DNA of 64,000 nt from Octopus vulgaris (taxonomy: Eukaryota), in the NCBI GenBank assembly GCA_951406725.2, contig OX597831.1, forward strand, positions 36,642,001 through 36,706,000, in the 5' to 3' direction. The notes beneath the pieces were generated by a model. That model was not told the origin of the DNA. It saw nothing but the letters and a program-made list of their open reading frames with translations, and ran no database searches. Positions within the stretch are counted from its first letter, which is position 1; each line of letters begins with the position of its first letter. A program made the translations under genes and the position numbers. Below, in pieces: positions 25,099 through 40,137 of the stretch.

Positions 25099-27859
25099 TA
25101 GAAATGCAGAGATTATCGAAAATGATTTTACATTTAAAGTGTAGAATGTTGTAACTTTACCCATCACTGCATTCATTCTTATACAACGTTTTCAAAGGTA
25201 AATAAAATATCTTTTATGTTTGACATTAGTGTTGAACAAAGTTTTCAATGTGCTATTGGAAATGTAGATTGTTCTAGCAATGAAAAACACACTTCAATAG
25301 AATGTATGAAATCTTTGAAGTGAAATTCCCTACTTGAATACATATCAAGAGAGAATCATGCCCTACCTGTATATACTTTGTGTGTGAATACATGCATATA
25401 CATGTGTGTATGATTATATGCATGTGCATGTGTATGTGTATGTCTGTGCAGGAAAGTATTAAGAATTATCTTTTGCAGTAGATAGCACCTTTGTATTTAG
25501 GGATGGTATATAAGAGGCTATTAGATTTATGAGAAAGATGGTTACTGAGAGAAATATACTGTAGTGCCTGCTGCAATTTCTCCTTATATGGTCCCTTCTT
25601 GTCTTTAATTCTAAGCTACTTCAAAGAACAATTTCCACTGAAGGAAGTTAATAATATTGGTAGATGCTGAAATGCATGCATATAGACAGAATGAAATTAT
25701 GTTGGAGTCAACCTTATCCTTGTGCAGTGATAGATATTGAATGACTATCAGCATTTAGATATCGATTCTAAGTGAATTATATATGTGCATATGTATATAT
25801 ATATGTATATATATGAATAACTGACTATGCGAATCAATTCATATTTATAAATGCCAAAATGGAGATGAATGCATGAACGTGTGTGAATATCTATTTAGGA
25901 AGGTGTGTGTAGAGTCAAGAGTTTAGTTTAGCCTAATGCAACCAAACCACAAATTCCTGTCTTCAGATATCTATAATTTTCCTAGTGTTAACCACACTTT
26001 GCATGACATTGTCAGACATCTATTGTAAGTTGACAAATGCAATCTGCAAATGCAGTTGGAAGGACCTACACAGAAATGTTATAGAAAGTTACTCTCAAAT
26101 AAAAGTGGTTCTCAGTTCCACTATTGTTGATTAAAATAAAATACAGTAAGAAACAAAAGTGGGTGAACAACTACCATTTGATTCATGGTCTCAACAGGTA
26201 AATCTTCCAACAAACCCAAATACCAGCAATGCAAGAAAGAGCCAATGAGGAAGCGTCCACGAAGTCTTCAAATTGCAAGAAATTTCAGATAAATTACACA
26301 CTATCTTAAATAAAGAAGAATAGATTTGATAATACAGTTCTGGGTGCTTAAAAAATTGAGGACTAGAACACTGGGGGCACATAACATCATCTGTATCTTG
26401 TGTCAAATTCTTAATATCATTGATAAACTGATGTATTTAGGGGACAATGTTGGTATCCTGCACTTCATAAGAAACATTAAATGCATCAAGCATTAGTCTC
26501 AGAGAGTCTGCAAAGGACATTTATATAACTTCATCCTTCAGTCGAAACAATCTTTAAAATAATTTGTTTTCATTTATATCTAACTCAACTCAATAGAAAT
26601 TGCCCCCATATCACACCCTACAATCTTAAAAATAAAATGAAACATTGAACAATGTGACCCAAGATATACTATGTTTAAAAAACAGAATGACAAAATTGTT
26701 ATGAGTAGACTGCATTTGATTATACCTTTACTTGATCCTCAGTGTCATGATCACTCAATGTATTTTCCCACCTTAAATGTTTCACCGAGAACATGATGGA
26801 TCGAATGGATTTGTCTTAATTCTGGCTTCTGGAACTTTAGGAAGGTGAAAGACACCAAAACATGAGACAAACATGCTTTTTTAATAACATATGACTCTTG
26901 ACTTTCAGGTACCACATTAAAAAATTGGCAATTGAACTGAATAGTTATTCATCACCATCATCATCATGATTATCATCTGCAGTATTTTATGCTGCTTTTC
27001 CATGCTGACATGTGTTGGATTGTTTATTTCTGAAATGGTGTTTTATGGTAAATTATCCTCTCAGTCACCAACCTTTCCAATTGCTTCTTACAAGACATAG
27101 GGACAAAGTGCATCTATTCTGAAATCAGGATATGCAGCATAAAATAAATCAGGAGCAAAAAAAAAAAAAAAAATGTAGAAGACAAGATCAAAAGCCTGCT
27201 GCAAATCTGAACTCATAAATCATGCGCTTAATTATCTAATATCTTATTCAGTTAACTCTCTGTCCTTTAAAAAGCAGAACATGAATGAGCAAAATTTTAT
27301 TAGAGCATTTCAAAAGAATATTAATCATTCATACAGGTATGGGAGGCAACTTTAGGCATGTTTTAGCCTTAACAGATCTCTTCAGCAAGCAAACCAAAAC
27401 ATGCCCAGAGTTATCTCCCATATTTACTGAAATTATAGAAATTATATATTAACTATTGAGCTAATTTTTCCCTTCCCATTCATTAGTTTTTCTAATACGA
27501 TTCCTGATGCTCTGCATTGTTTACCCATCTCCTCCATTCCATTACTTAACCGTTGTTTTTCATGCAGATGGCATCTCTGAGTAATGTGCCCACCACATAT
27601 TCCTACACTGCTCTATTTAACAAAGATTCACACTGGGCTGTTATTGTCCCCATTTGCATTCATATTTCACTTCATCACTTATGATCAAAGACGAGACTTC
27701 AGATGTTAAGAGAAATGACTCCACTTTCTGATATGACTATTCAAAATGCAATATGCTTCAGTGAGCAAGGCCCAATATATAATATATATATATATATAAA
27801 TATATATATAAATATATATATATACATACATACATACATACATATATATACACATATCC

Positions 27860-27910
<51 letters not shown>

Positions 27911-28699
27911 TATATATGTGTATACATATATATATATATATATACATGTATAATCATGACATATGCAAGCTTCATTGGGGAGATGAATAATAAGAAATAT
28001 TTATGAAATATTTAAGTGTACATATAGATGTCCAGATATATATGTGTGTGTATGCCTCTTTCTCTGTATACTTATCATATAGAGTATAACATAAATCTTT
28101 TCTAATATTTTAGCTGAAAAATTGCCCGTTGAATTCTTCCTGAAATATGTGAATTTTGTTGTTATATTTCCTTTTCTTTCTTTTCTTTTTTTTTTGTTTT
28201 TGTAGTCTATTTCTTTAGTAGCAATTGGTTCATTCATTCCCGTAGAGTTTCCAACTTTGTCTTCGAATGAATAATTCATTTCACTCAGACACACACACAG
28301 ACACTCACACACACAATATAAAAGGACATATTTCTTTACTCCCATGGACCACGACTAGATCTTCAGACACAAATACATCGCTATAATTTCATATAACACT
28401 ATATAAGGAATATGTGTATGTAACACTATAAATATAATAACATATCTACATATACATACATATAACATGTACACATACACTCATATATAAATATCATATG
28501 CAGACATGTTCAATGTTTGCTTAATTTAATTATGATGTGTGAATGTAAGTCAGTTACAGTAGAATTAATATATCTCATTTCTTTTATTATTTTTTTTACT
28601 TCATTTATTGTCAACACTTTTTTTTTTTCCTTTTCTTTGATTCACTCTCTTATCTTAGTCCTTTATTTGATATTGAAATTCACAATTATTTCTATGCAA

Positions 28700-28734
28700 C
28701 ATTATTGCTATTATTATTATTATTATCATTATTA

Positions 28735-28787
<53 letters not shown>

Positions 28788-28803
28788 ATTATTATTATTA
28801 TTC

Positions 28804-28862
<59 letters not shown>

Positions 28863-28875
28863 ATTATTATTGTTA

Positions 28876-28961
<86 letters not shown>
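28700..28961. repeat. (TTA)n microsatellite
   Basis: Read directly. Confidence 0.97.
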
Positions 28962-29876
28962 GGTTTTGGTATTTTCCTATTCTGTATGTGTATATAAGAT
29001 GGCAGAATAAAAATAAATAAAAAGAAATGTTTTTTTGGAGAGTTGCAAAAATACGTAAAAAAATAATAATAATAAATAAAAAAAAACAAGACAAATATTA
29101 ATAAATGAAGGTTATATAGAATGGCATGCATACATGCATAAATATAGTTCTAAGTTTGGTCTGTGTAAGCAAATGTTGAATTGTATTAAGTATGATATAA
29201 TTGATGATTGTTATCGACTAGCAAGCCTTAATGCAATGTAGATTCACAATAATACAGAAGAGAGAGAGAGAGAGAGAGGGGGAGAGAGAGGGAGAGAGAA
29301 TCAACAACAACAATAATAACAAATATAAAATTAATGTCAAGATTGGAATAAAAGGCAGGACAATGTTTAAAACTCTTGCTACACCCTTCAATCTATTTCC
29401 TTTTAGACTTTCCGTCTCTTCACTTCACAGCAGACACGGTTTTGTATAATATCACTACAGCTACAACTATGGCTATTGGTACACCTTGATTTAATGGCCT
29501 TCTAATATGTTCGTCTTGAACAAATAAATGTTCTCTTCACCTTACTATTCACGAGTAATGTTAACCACATCAAAGTAGAACTCGGGAACTTGTTTCTTGC
29601 CATTCCAAAATAACTAATTACTTAGATAGAGATGATGTATTTATGTCTGAATGCATATGTGAGCGTTGATTTATTAATGCTCTACAATTATTCAGAGAAT
29701 ATATATTTTTAGTGTTCTGTAGCTGCCACCGCCACCTCCACTACTGTGGATTCTCTAATGTAAATGTAGGTGTCTGAGTCTGTGAATTATGAGAAGAGAA
29801 ATCTGACAAGTTGAAGGTAGCAGGGTTAATGTTCCTGTGTGAACAGGTATACGTGTGGTTGTGTATGTGTGCAATT

Positions 29877-29917
<41 letters not shown>

Positions 29918-31084
29918 AGTGTGTGTGTGTGTGCGATTGAGTGTGTGTGTGCGATTGAGTGTGTGTGTGTTCACACATGTGCTTGTGTGTGTGTGAATGT
30001 GTATCCTCCATAGAAAGCTGACCATGCAGTAATGGAGTTATTAGACACAGTGAATGTTAAAGTAGAATGATATGCTGTTAATCTTGCCATTTGCATTGTT
30101 TGCCATTGGTACCGCCTGCCAGTTAATAGTCAAAAGTGTCCAGGAGAACATTTGCAAGAAGCAGTGGATTTTTTTGGCTTGGGAAACGAATTGAGGTAAA
30201 TGTCAGAGTTTCTTGTTTGCAGACAGGGCAGCTTCTTATGGCTAGTTCACTTAGTTTGACACGGAGAGAGGAATAGCGGCAAGAAGGTGCACAGTAGTTG
30301 GTATAAAGCAGCAAAATCCGTATTCTTTTATTCCATCTCTACCATGTGGCTGTGTGGTAAGTAGCTTGCTTACCAGCCTCATGGTTCCGGGATCCGTCCC
30401 ACTGCAAGGCATCTTGGGCAAGTGTCTTCTAGTATAGCCTCAGGTTGACCAAACCAAAGCCTTGTCAGTGGATTTAATAGACGGAAACCGAGATAAGTCC
30501 ATCGTAAATATATATATATATATATATGTGTGTGTATGTATATGTATATATGTGTATGTGTGTCTGTATTTGTCCCTCCCACCAACATCGCTTGACAACT
30601 GATGCTGATGTGTTTACATCACTGTAACTTAGTGGTTCGGCAAAAGAGACTGATAGAATAAGTACTAGCTTTACAGAGAATAAGTCCTGGGGTTGATTTG
30701 CTCGACTAAAGGCGGTGCTCCAACATGGCCACAGTCAAATGACTGAAACAAGTAAAGTAATAACGGAAAGAATTTATCAGTACACTAATTCAATATATAC
30801 AACAATATATATAAGTGTATGGGTATACATTTTCCACTGTCTCGTATATACACACTATTATTCATATATATATATATATATATCTTCTTTTATTTGTTTC
30901 AGTCATTTGACTGAAGCCATGCTTATAGTTGAGCAAATCAACCCCAGGACTTATTCATTGTAAGCCTAGTACTTATTCTAGCAGACTCTTTCGTTGAACT
31001 GCAAAGTGATGGGGACATAAACACACCAACATCGGTTGTCAAGCAATGGAGTGGGGAACAAACACAGACACACAAACATATACA

Positions 31085-31144
<60 letters not shown>

Positions 31145-31496
31145 CAATTAAGATTCAAGTAAATTCCAATGAATTTACTTGAATTTACTTGTCAGTGAGA
31201 AGCGGCTTCAGGTCGCTTACCGTTTCCAGGGATAGACCGGGACGCTTTGTCCTCGAATGCGCATCCTATACGTTGGTTCTCCGTGGCGAACAACTTCCGC
31301 CGGACCTCGCGACGGATCATGACGCTCTCGCCGGCCTCCCCACGTCCGTTCCCCCTCGCTCCCTTGAGGACGGACCGCACGTGGGGGAGGCTGGTGATGG
31401 CGAAATGACCCGCCAACTTTTGCAACTTGTAATAAAGCCTGTCTTTGTATGAAACAATTGTACTAAAAACTAATCCATTCTTGTTGCTTCTTTCTC

Positions 31497-31573
<77 letters not shown>

Positions 31574-31741
31574 GAGAGATAGAAAGATATGCTGTACTTA
31601 ATATAGAAGCCATTATCATTAAAGCAGCATGGCAAAATGGGCAAAATGCTTACCGGCATTTCATCTGTCTTCGTGTTCTGAGCTCAAATTCTGATGAGGT
31701 CAATTTTGCCTTTCATCCTTTCAGGATTGATAAAATTAGAA

Positions 31742-32080
31742 CGAGGGTAAAGATCCCCTTTGGTCATAAATGACCATGGGATTGCACCAAGAAAGTTATC
31801 CTCCTAGGCACATATTCAGGCAATGTTGTTTATGGAAGACTGGCAGTCGCCCATGCATACCAGCTTCTCCTCTCCACGCCACCGATGTTATCCAATGGAA
31901 AAGCAAAGAACGATACAGCTTGGCACCAGTGATGTGCAAATCATTTCTACAGCTGAGTGAACTGGAGCAATGTGAAATAAAGTGTCTGACTGAAGAACTC
32001 AACATACAGACAGGTTCGGGAATTGAACTTTCTACCACGTAATTGTGAGTACGATGCTTTAACCACTGAGCCATGCACCA
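31742..32080 (-). mobile_element. SINE family E (tRNA-derived head)
   Basis: Minus strand tggctcagtggtt..agttcaattccc..ttgctccagttcactcagctg. Copy at 36770-37075(+); related heads at 33060-33375(-) and 34610-34750(-). Confidence 0.75.
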
Positions 32081-33679
32081 GGATTACATGGCTAATGTGT
32101 TCTTTTAAAAAATGGTAGAGTGTGAGTTGAAGGAGAATTGGTTGCTAATTGACTACATGGAAACGGTTGGTTCGTTTGTGTGTGTATGTGTGTGCGTGTA
32201 TGTGTGCTTGTGTGTGTGTGCCTGTGTGCCTCTGTGTGTGTGTGTGTATGCATCATCATCATTTAAAGTCAGTTTGCCATGCTAGCATGGGATGGACTGT
32301 GTGACAGGAGCTGGCAAACCGGAGGGTTGCACCAGGCTCCACTTTTGTCTATTTTGGTATGTTTTCTGTGGCTGGATGCTCTTCATGACACCAACCACTT
32401 TACAGAATATTCTGGAAGTTTTTTTACTATATATATAAATATGTGGTGGGGAAGGATGCAGACTTACAAACACACATAAACCAACACACATACACAAACA
32501 CACACAATGATATATACAAATATGTACATATACATCAATGTACACACACATATAGAAAGTAAACCAGATCTCTTTTAGACAACAAGAAAATGACCCGTGG
32601 GAAAAGTAAAGTAGGACATATAAAATATCTAAGGTGAGGTTAAAAGATAGATTTCTTTTTTAATTATCATAGCAATAATTCATCTCAGAAATTTAGATAC
32701 CGAACACAATAATGAATCTACATATCTTAACGAGAAACATAATTGTGCTTAATTTGTAGCTAAGATATATGACTAATTGAAAGAAAGAAATTACACCAGT
32801 TCCACTATCATTTCTGAATTGTAATTTATTTTAATTATATATGAAATAGCTTATTAACCGTTTTGAATTTAAAATGTTTTAGTAAGTGATAAAAATTATA
32901 TAAATGTGTACTAAAATGACAGACTGCTTATGGACAGAAAATGATAATTGAATTAATACTACAACTACTTGTTCAAGTGGAATTACCACCACCACTACTG
33001 CTATTGCTGTGAAGTACTATTATCTGGTAGTACAGCGTTGTAATTCTCTCTGTACTGGAACACCGTCGGTTATAATGATAAATGTTCCAGTTGATACGAT
33101 TTGTGGAACAACCAGTTAGAGAAATTAATGCACAAGTGACTGAGTACATCACAAACATTCGTATCCTTAACGTAGTTCTTGGAGAGATTCAGCAAGACAC
33201 AGAGCACGACAAGGCTGGCCTTTTGAATTACAGGTACAATTTACTTGTGCCAGCTGAATGGATTGGAAAAATGTGAAATAAAGTGTCTTGCTCAAGAACA
33301 CAATGCACCACCAGGAATTGAACTCATGACTTTCCGATTGTGAGCTGAATACCTCTAACCACTAAGCCACGCACTTTTACAAGTGTTGTTATGAACACCA
33401 ACCTAACGATTGCTTTTCGTGTACTCGGCACCCATTGAGAAATTTATTCTTTATATAATACACACAGATCATCATCACTCTAATATCCACTTTTCCATGC
33501 CTAGCATAAGCAACGCTGAATTCACTGAAACAAATTTTCCATACCTGAACGCCTATTTATTAGTTAGATGGCAATGGTTAGTGCACCCTTTGTACTTTGG
33601 TTCTCTTCAATAAGATCCAGTATTTAAGGAAAGAAGCACCGTTTGCTCTTGTTGCTTGCTTATATGCTGTACCCTTATA

Positions 33680-34245
33680 TTGGGTTGGCCGGAAATTTCG
33701 TGCTGATTTTTAAAGGAAAGAAAAAGGTGAATAAATACTTGCCATTACATTTTTAATCAACCAAATATGAACCATTTTGTTGCACAATATGCCTCCATCT
33801 TTCCTTTAACTTGAAAATACCCTCTTCCCAGAATTGAGGTGGTTTCATGGCAAAGAATTCATCAAGGTATCTTTTTACGTCATCTAAGGAATTGAAATTT
33901 TTACCATTAAGACTATTCTGCACAGACCTGAATAAGTGGAAATCCGAAGGAGCAATATCAGTTGAATATAGACGGTGGGGTAACATATCCCAGCCAAGCT
34001 GCAGCAATTTTTGTCTGGTTCCCAAAGCATCAAGTGCTGAAAATGAACTTTCTTATCTTCCATTTTAAAGGGTTACAGAATTAATACAGGTTATAGGAAC
34101 ATAAACCTTCTTCCACGAAAAGATAGCTTAAACCGTGCTCTAAATGGAGATTTAGTCAAATTCTATTTTATGGACTCAACCATGTTCTAAGATTAGTCGA
34201 AAGGTAAGCTACTATAAATTGGCATGAACTTTCCGGACAACCCAA
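33680..34245 (-). mobile_element. Internally deleted mariner retaining the transposase C-terminus
   Basis: TA-flanked TIRs ttgggttggccggaaa / tttccggacaacccaa. ORF 33753-34025 reads LGWDMLPHRLYSTDIAPSDFHLFRSVQNSL..GIFKLKERW..NGSY. Confidence 0.92.
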
Positions 34246-35503
34246 TATATTGCAACCATAAGTTGCATTCCACCCTTGATCTGGAGATGGAAAGCTATGA
34301 TATGGTCTGATGTACAATACTCAGAGAAAGATTCTAACTCCAGCACAGTAACTCATTCCACCAGGGAGGAAAATTGATAACCTTGCAATGTTTCCTCACC
34401 AAGTAGATGGTCTGAGTGAGTGCTATAATGCAAAAAGTAGTAGCTAGTCAGTTCTACCTCAGTGATGTTAGGAAGTGCAATGCATCATTATTTCCTAGGA
34501 AACAAAATTAAGTCAGTTTCTGCATATGGGACCCTGATGCTGCACCTTGTCACACTTGACCAAATGGAACATCCAGGACATGAAAGCTGGAGAGAGAGAA
34601 AGCCATACCACCTTGTACACATTTTCAGTTGAACCGACTGTTAAATAAAGTGCATTGCTCAAAAACACAAGGTACCATCCTATCCAGGACTTGAACCCCT
34701 GAACCTATAACTGTGAGCTCAGCACCCCTAACCACTTGGCTATGTGGCTTCTTTACACGAAATCTCAAATTAGCAGAGTAAAAGGTGTTCTGCTTCAAGA
34801 TTATTTTAATCTAGCCACTGCTTATATCTGAGAAGCGCATGCGTGTCTGTGTACATTTGTAGATATTTCAGTAAACATGTATTGACAAATAATTTCTTTT
34901 CTTTAACTCTTCACCGAGCCTTTATCGTGTTGATAAAAATGTTTACATAGATTTTCATTGAAAGAGACAAATGTAAAGGAATAACCTCCAGGCAATGGAA
35001 CAACATGAATGATGCCTGACTATTTGTCTTTTACCATTTTAACTAAGAATAAAAGTTTGTTGATTTTATTTCTCAGATTTTTCTCACTGTTAAAATATGC
35101 ATGGCTACAGAGGAATCCTGTAAAAGTAACTCTCAGCAAGTAAATATGACGAAAAGAAAAATAAGAAAGCATTGCCATTATTTGACAAATATTGAAACGC
35201 ATTTATTTATTCAGTTCAAGATTCTTCATTTTGCTTGTTTCTCTTCAGGCAAAACTATATCCAAAACAAATATTGTTTTTTGGTTTTTATATATATATAT
35301 TAGTTTGATTTTTTTTTTTTTTCATCCTTTCTGCAGCTTTCACATAACATAGTATTTTAATGCAGGAAATACGGAATTCCTAAAAGACTATAGCATGAAT
35401 TTTAATTTTATTTTTAATATCCTGTTTAGCAAAATTACTGGTGGATCAATGGTAAGATCATTCTGATTGAATTCATATAAGTTTACTATTATTATCTGAT
35501 GAA

Positions 35504-35555
<52 letters not shown>

Positions 35556-35664
35556 TGCTGATGGTGCTCCTACTTTTTTTTCTCTTATGTAATTTTGGTT
35601 TTCTAATATATTCTGTTAATAGTTATAGTTGATTGCAGATTCTGCCAATGTAAGGTATTTTACA

Positions 35665-35735
<71 letters not shown>

Positions 35736-35752
35736 TGAGATACACAGCCATA

Positions 35753-35826
<74 letters not shown>

Positions 35827-38018
35827 GCACAAATGCATATACATGTACACACACACACACATATATGTATGTATGTATATATATGTGTGTGTATATATAT
35901 GTATGTGTGTATATATATATTTACATATATATACATATATCTATGTGTGTATACACACACACACATGCACAAGGTAGTAATCTATTAGTATATACCTGAC
36001 GCCGAACAAGAAAAATTTCATCTTTTGATAAAAATCAGAAACTGAAAACCTATTTTTCAATGATTAAATCAAATTCTGACAGCCAATATTCTCATGTTAA
36101 CATAGATTACAGGATAGAAAATGAAAAGCATTTAGTTTAAAAACATAAACTTCTCACTCGCATTACATGCATACATACACTCACACTCACATGCTTACAC
36201 GCTTATCGTAGATATATTTTTATAGAAAGATGAGTGGCTTAATGCATTGCAATGTTTGATTTTCATCTCATGACTCTGAGTTCAAATGTAACTTGAACTT
36301 AACTATAGTCTTGATCAATCTGAATTATTTTGCTCACAGCAGTGTGAAAGCAAATAGGTAAGTGGTCGGATTGTTGGGCTCAAGGTCGCAGGTTCGATTC
36401 TTGGATAGGACCAGCATATTGGTCATTGAGAAAAGCATTTTATTTTGAGTGTTGGTTCGGTCTACTTGGCTAAAATGAGTATCAGAGAAGTATTGGTGCT
36501 GTGCTAACTCCTTTCAGCTGACACATCTTTGAGTCCCTGTTGGATGATAGGTGGAAGAACTGAGAGGCAGACTGTGTGTGCTCAGAATTACACAACAGAA
36601 GCAATTAACAAAAGCATTGGTACATGCTGCTAAATCATACTCGCTTGTGAGGGATGCTATGGTTCTGGTCAGTAGCCTAATTGGGTTGACAGTCTCAGGC
36701 CTCTCCAGGTGATACTTTTTATGAGGGCTGCTCTTTTGAGTCTGCTGTATATGGGGACAGCACCAGGCTTACAATCACGAGGTAGTGAGATCGATTCCTG
36801 GATCAGTATGTTGTGTTCTTGGGCAAGACTCTTTATTTCATGTTGCTCCAGTTCACTCAGCTGCAGAAATGAGTTTTGATGTCACGGATGCCAAGCTATA
36901 TCAGCCTTTGCCTTTCCTTTGGATAACATCAGTAGCATGGAGAGAGGAGGCTGGCATGCATGGGTGATTGTTGGTCTTCCATAAACAACCTTTCCTAGAC
37001 TTGTACCTCAGAAGGGAACTTTCTAGGTGCATCCCATGTTCATTCATGAACGAATGGGGTCTTTATACTTTTACAGAGACAAAAGTGGGGTAAACTCAAA
37101 GGCTGCTACAGGTAGTACATGCTCTGGTGTTCACTAAACTCAGTAAGTAAGCAATAGCTTCACTATTTATATAGTCTTAAGGTTTAGAATTGAAATGGCA
37201 TTAGCTTGGTAATGAGAGATTGGCCACAGTATATCAGGCAAGATCAGCCTAATTCTCAACCGATATTTTGGCTGCAACCATTTGATCATCTGATTTTGAA
37301 TGATTGCCAAGATCAAATAAATGTTGCTTGAAATATCATTGGCTGGCAGGCTGATGTCTCATATGCTGAGGCCTATCTCTCTTTACTAAGCTAATGTGAT
37401 TTCAATTCTACATTTTGCTACAAAGGCATTGTTAAGCCCCAGATCAATTCCAATCAAACTGACTTGCGAATAAAGGAAGTCCAATCAAGACCACTCAGTT
37501 TGTTTCTTTTCTTCAGACACTGCATCTATGACTAAATATCTACTTTCCTTAATTTACCTTCCTTTAAGACAGAGAGATATGATGGTTGTTCTTAAATCAA
37601 ATGACTACACATAATCCTTTGATGTTTCTCCTAAACAACAGTTTACTTTTAAATAAAAGGAACATATATCAAAAGAAATAATGATTACACACAAAATATT
37701 ACTAATTCTGTATGTACAGTAAAGCTGAATAGCTAAGATGTTCACTTCACAACTGCAAGTTTCTGAGTTCGATTCCACTGCGTGGTAGCTTGGACAAATA
37801 TTTTCTATAACTTCAGGTTATAAGATAGAAACTGCATAGTAGTACAGTTGGATGGATTGCAACTGTTTTTCAAAAGAAGCACCTTCATCATACGCTATGT
37901 CATACTGAATTTACTTGAGAATGATGTTTATTCAACCACTTTTACATTCAGAATCAGATAATCCAATTGATTTCACTGACTGAAATGCTCCATTACTAAT
38001 TCAATACTCAAGTCTGTT

Positions 38019-38623
38019 AAGGTGGCGAGCTGGTTGAAACGTTAGCATGCTGGGTGAAATGCTCAGTGGTATTTCGTCTGTCTTTACATTCTGAGTTCAA
38101 ATTCCGCCGAGGTCGACTTTGCCTTTCATCCTTTCAGGGTCAATAAATTAGATACCAGTTACGCACTGGGGTTGATGTAGTTGACTTAATCCGTTTGTTT
38201 GTCCACTCTGTGTTTAGCGCCTTGTGGGCAGTAAAGAAATAGGTATTTCGTCTGTCTTTACATTCTGAGTTCAAATTCTGCCGAGGTCGATTTTTCCTTT
38301 CATCCTTTCGGGGTTGATAAATTAAGTACCAGCTGCATACTAGGGTCGATCCAATCGACTTTCCCCGCCAAAATTTCGGGCCTTGTGTCTAGAGTAGAAA
38401 AGAAAAATTTAGGCACCAAGCTGGTAGAAATGTTAGCATGCCAGGTGAAATGCTTAGAGGTATTTCGTCTGTCTTTATGTTCTGAGTTCAAATTCCGCTG
38501 AGGTCGACCTTGCCTTTCATTCTTTCAGGGTTGATAAATTATGTATCAGTTGCATACTGGGGTCGATCTAATTGACTGGTCCCCTCCCCCAAAATTTCAG
38601 GCCTTGTGCCTAGAGTAGAAAAG
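38019..38623 (+). mobile_element. SINE A trimer inside one 16-bp TSD
   Basis: AATACTCAAGTCTGTT at 38003-38018 and 38624-38639 flanks three tandem units. Confidence 0.88.
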
Positions 38624-40137
38624 AATACTCAAGTCTGTTCAAAAACTGCCTTCGATTGTTTTAATAAAGAAAAAAATTGTTTTGTAGGGCTTTTATTTTT
38701 AGTAAAAGTATTTGTAATTATGTGGAGGCACATGACCTAGTGGTTAGAGCAGTGGACTTGCGGTCAAGGGATTGCAGGTTCAAATCTCAGACTGGGCGAT
38801 GTGTGTGTTTATGAGCAAAACATCTAAGCTCCACGCAGCTCCGGCAAAAGGTATTCGCGAACTTCTGCTGACTCTTACACCACAACTTTCTCTCACTCTC
38901 TCCTCCTGCACCTAGCAGCTCACCTGCAATGGACTGGTGTCCTGTCCAGGTGGGGAACCTATACATCAAGGAAACCGGGAAACCGGCCCTTATGAGCCAG
39001 GCATGGCTCGAGAAAGAACAAACAATTTGTAATTGTAAAGTTAAAAGTCAAAAGCTGAGGCAGTGCGTTAGAAGAATTGTTATCTCACATGATGAAATGC
39101 TTGTCTTTACATTCTGTTGAGGCTGAATTTGCCTTTCATATTTTCAGGGTTGGTAAAGTAAGTACCAGTTGAGTACTGGGAACAAAGTAATCAATTTAGT
39201 CCCACTACTGAAATTTCAGGCCATATGCCTATATTAGAAAGGAACATGGCAGCCAAAAGCAGGCATTTTTGTAGAATAAAGTTAGAAATTATCTGATGGT
39301 TCAGAAACCATAACTTTGGGGAGATGTGTTTGTTTTGAATCATTGCAAATTATGATTCTGAAAAAATGAATTTTTTGGTGGGAGGAGAAATTTTTGCTCC
39401 ACATTTTGGCATTATTATTTTTTTTTTTTTCAGAGTTATGCTACAAGTATTTTTGCAGAATTATAATTGGAGATTTCTAAACATATCTGAAAAAAAAAAA
39501 AAAAGACGGAAGTCAAAACTGAAAAATTACAAAATTACGCCTTGAACTTAGGTACGTTCACACACATGCATGTACACATACACATACACACAATTACCTT
39601 TGATGAGTATAGCAGACACATCTGAAAAACTAAATTTTTATTGTACTAGATAATGTCTGACTATTCTACAAGAATAGCCCAAAACCAAAATAACAGTCTC
39701 ACCACCATTAACTCTTGTTTAGTTCTCGGTTATCCCTACAAGAACTGTACTATCACCAAAAGCAATCCAGTTGTGCCCTTCATCCTTATGTGGGTATCAA
39801 AGATGACATTTTAAATTTTATAGGGTTATTATTCACAAAAGATTTGACTGCTATTTCTAACAGATTGAGCAATCACTGCAACCTTTCTCCAGATAAGCTT
39901 TGATTTAGTTTAGCTATGATGAAAGATATTCCAGCTATAACAAAAGTCATCATTTTCCTTTTAAATATTGTGTATCTTAGACTTCAATCACTAAGGTAGC
40001 TTCCTCTTCTTTTAAGATAGTAAAGTGTGATTACAGGCAGAGTTGTCAGAAAGGTGAAACATAAGGTTCAGGTAATAGAAAGAATGTTTTATCATTCAAA
40101 TACTTTCGTTCTATAAGACTTTCATTATTGTATCCCT

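Noticed and set aside
25170-25255. Minus-strand TTGAAAA..GAAAacgtt hammerhead-like spacing
   Set aside because: Stem II arms do not pair.
26040-26550. Coding-like unique sequence (ORF 26191-26406)
   Set aside because: Stops interrupt the frames I checked and I recognise no motif; possibly old LINE debris.
38724-38800. tRNA-like sequence with A and B boxes (also ~44390-44462 on minus)
   Set aside because: It continues into SINE body sequence, so it is a SINE head rather than a tRNA gene.
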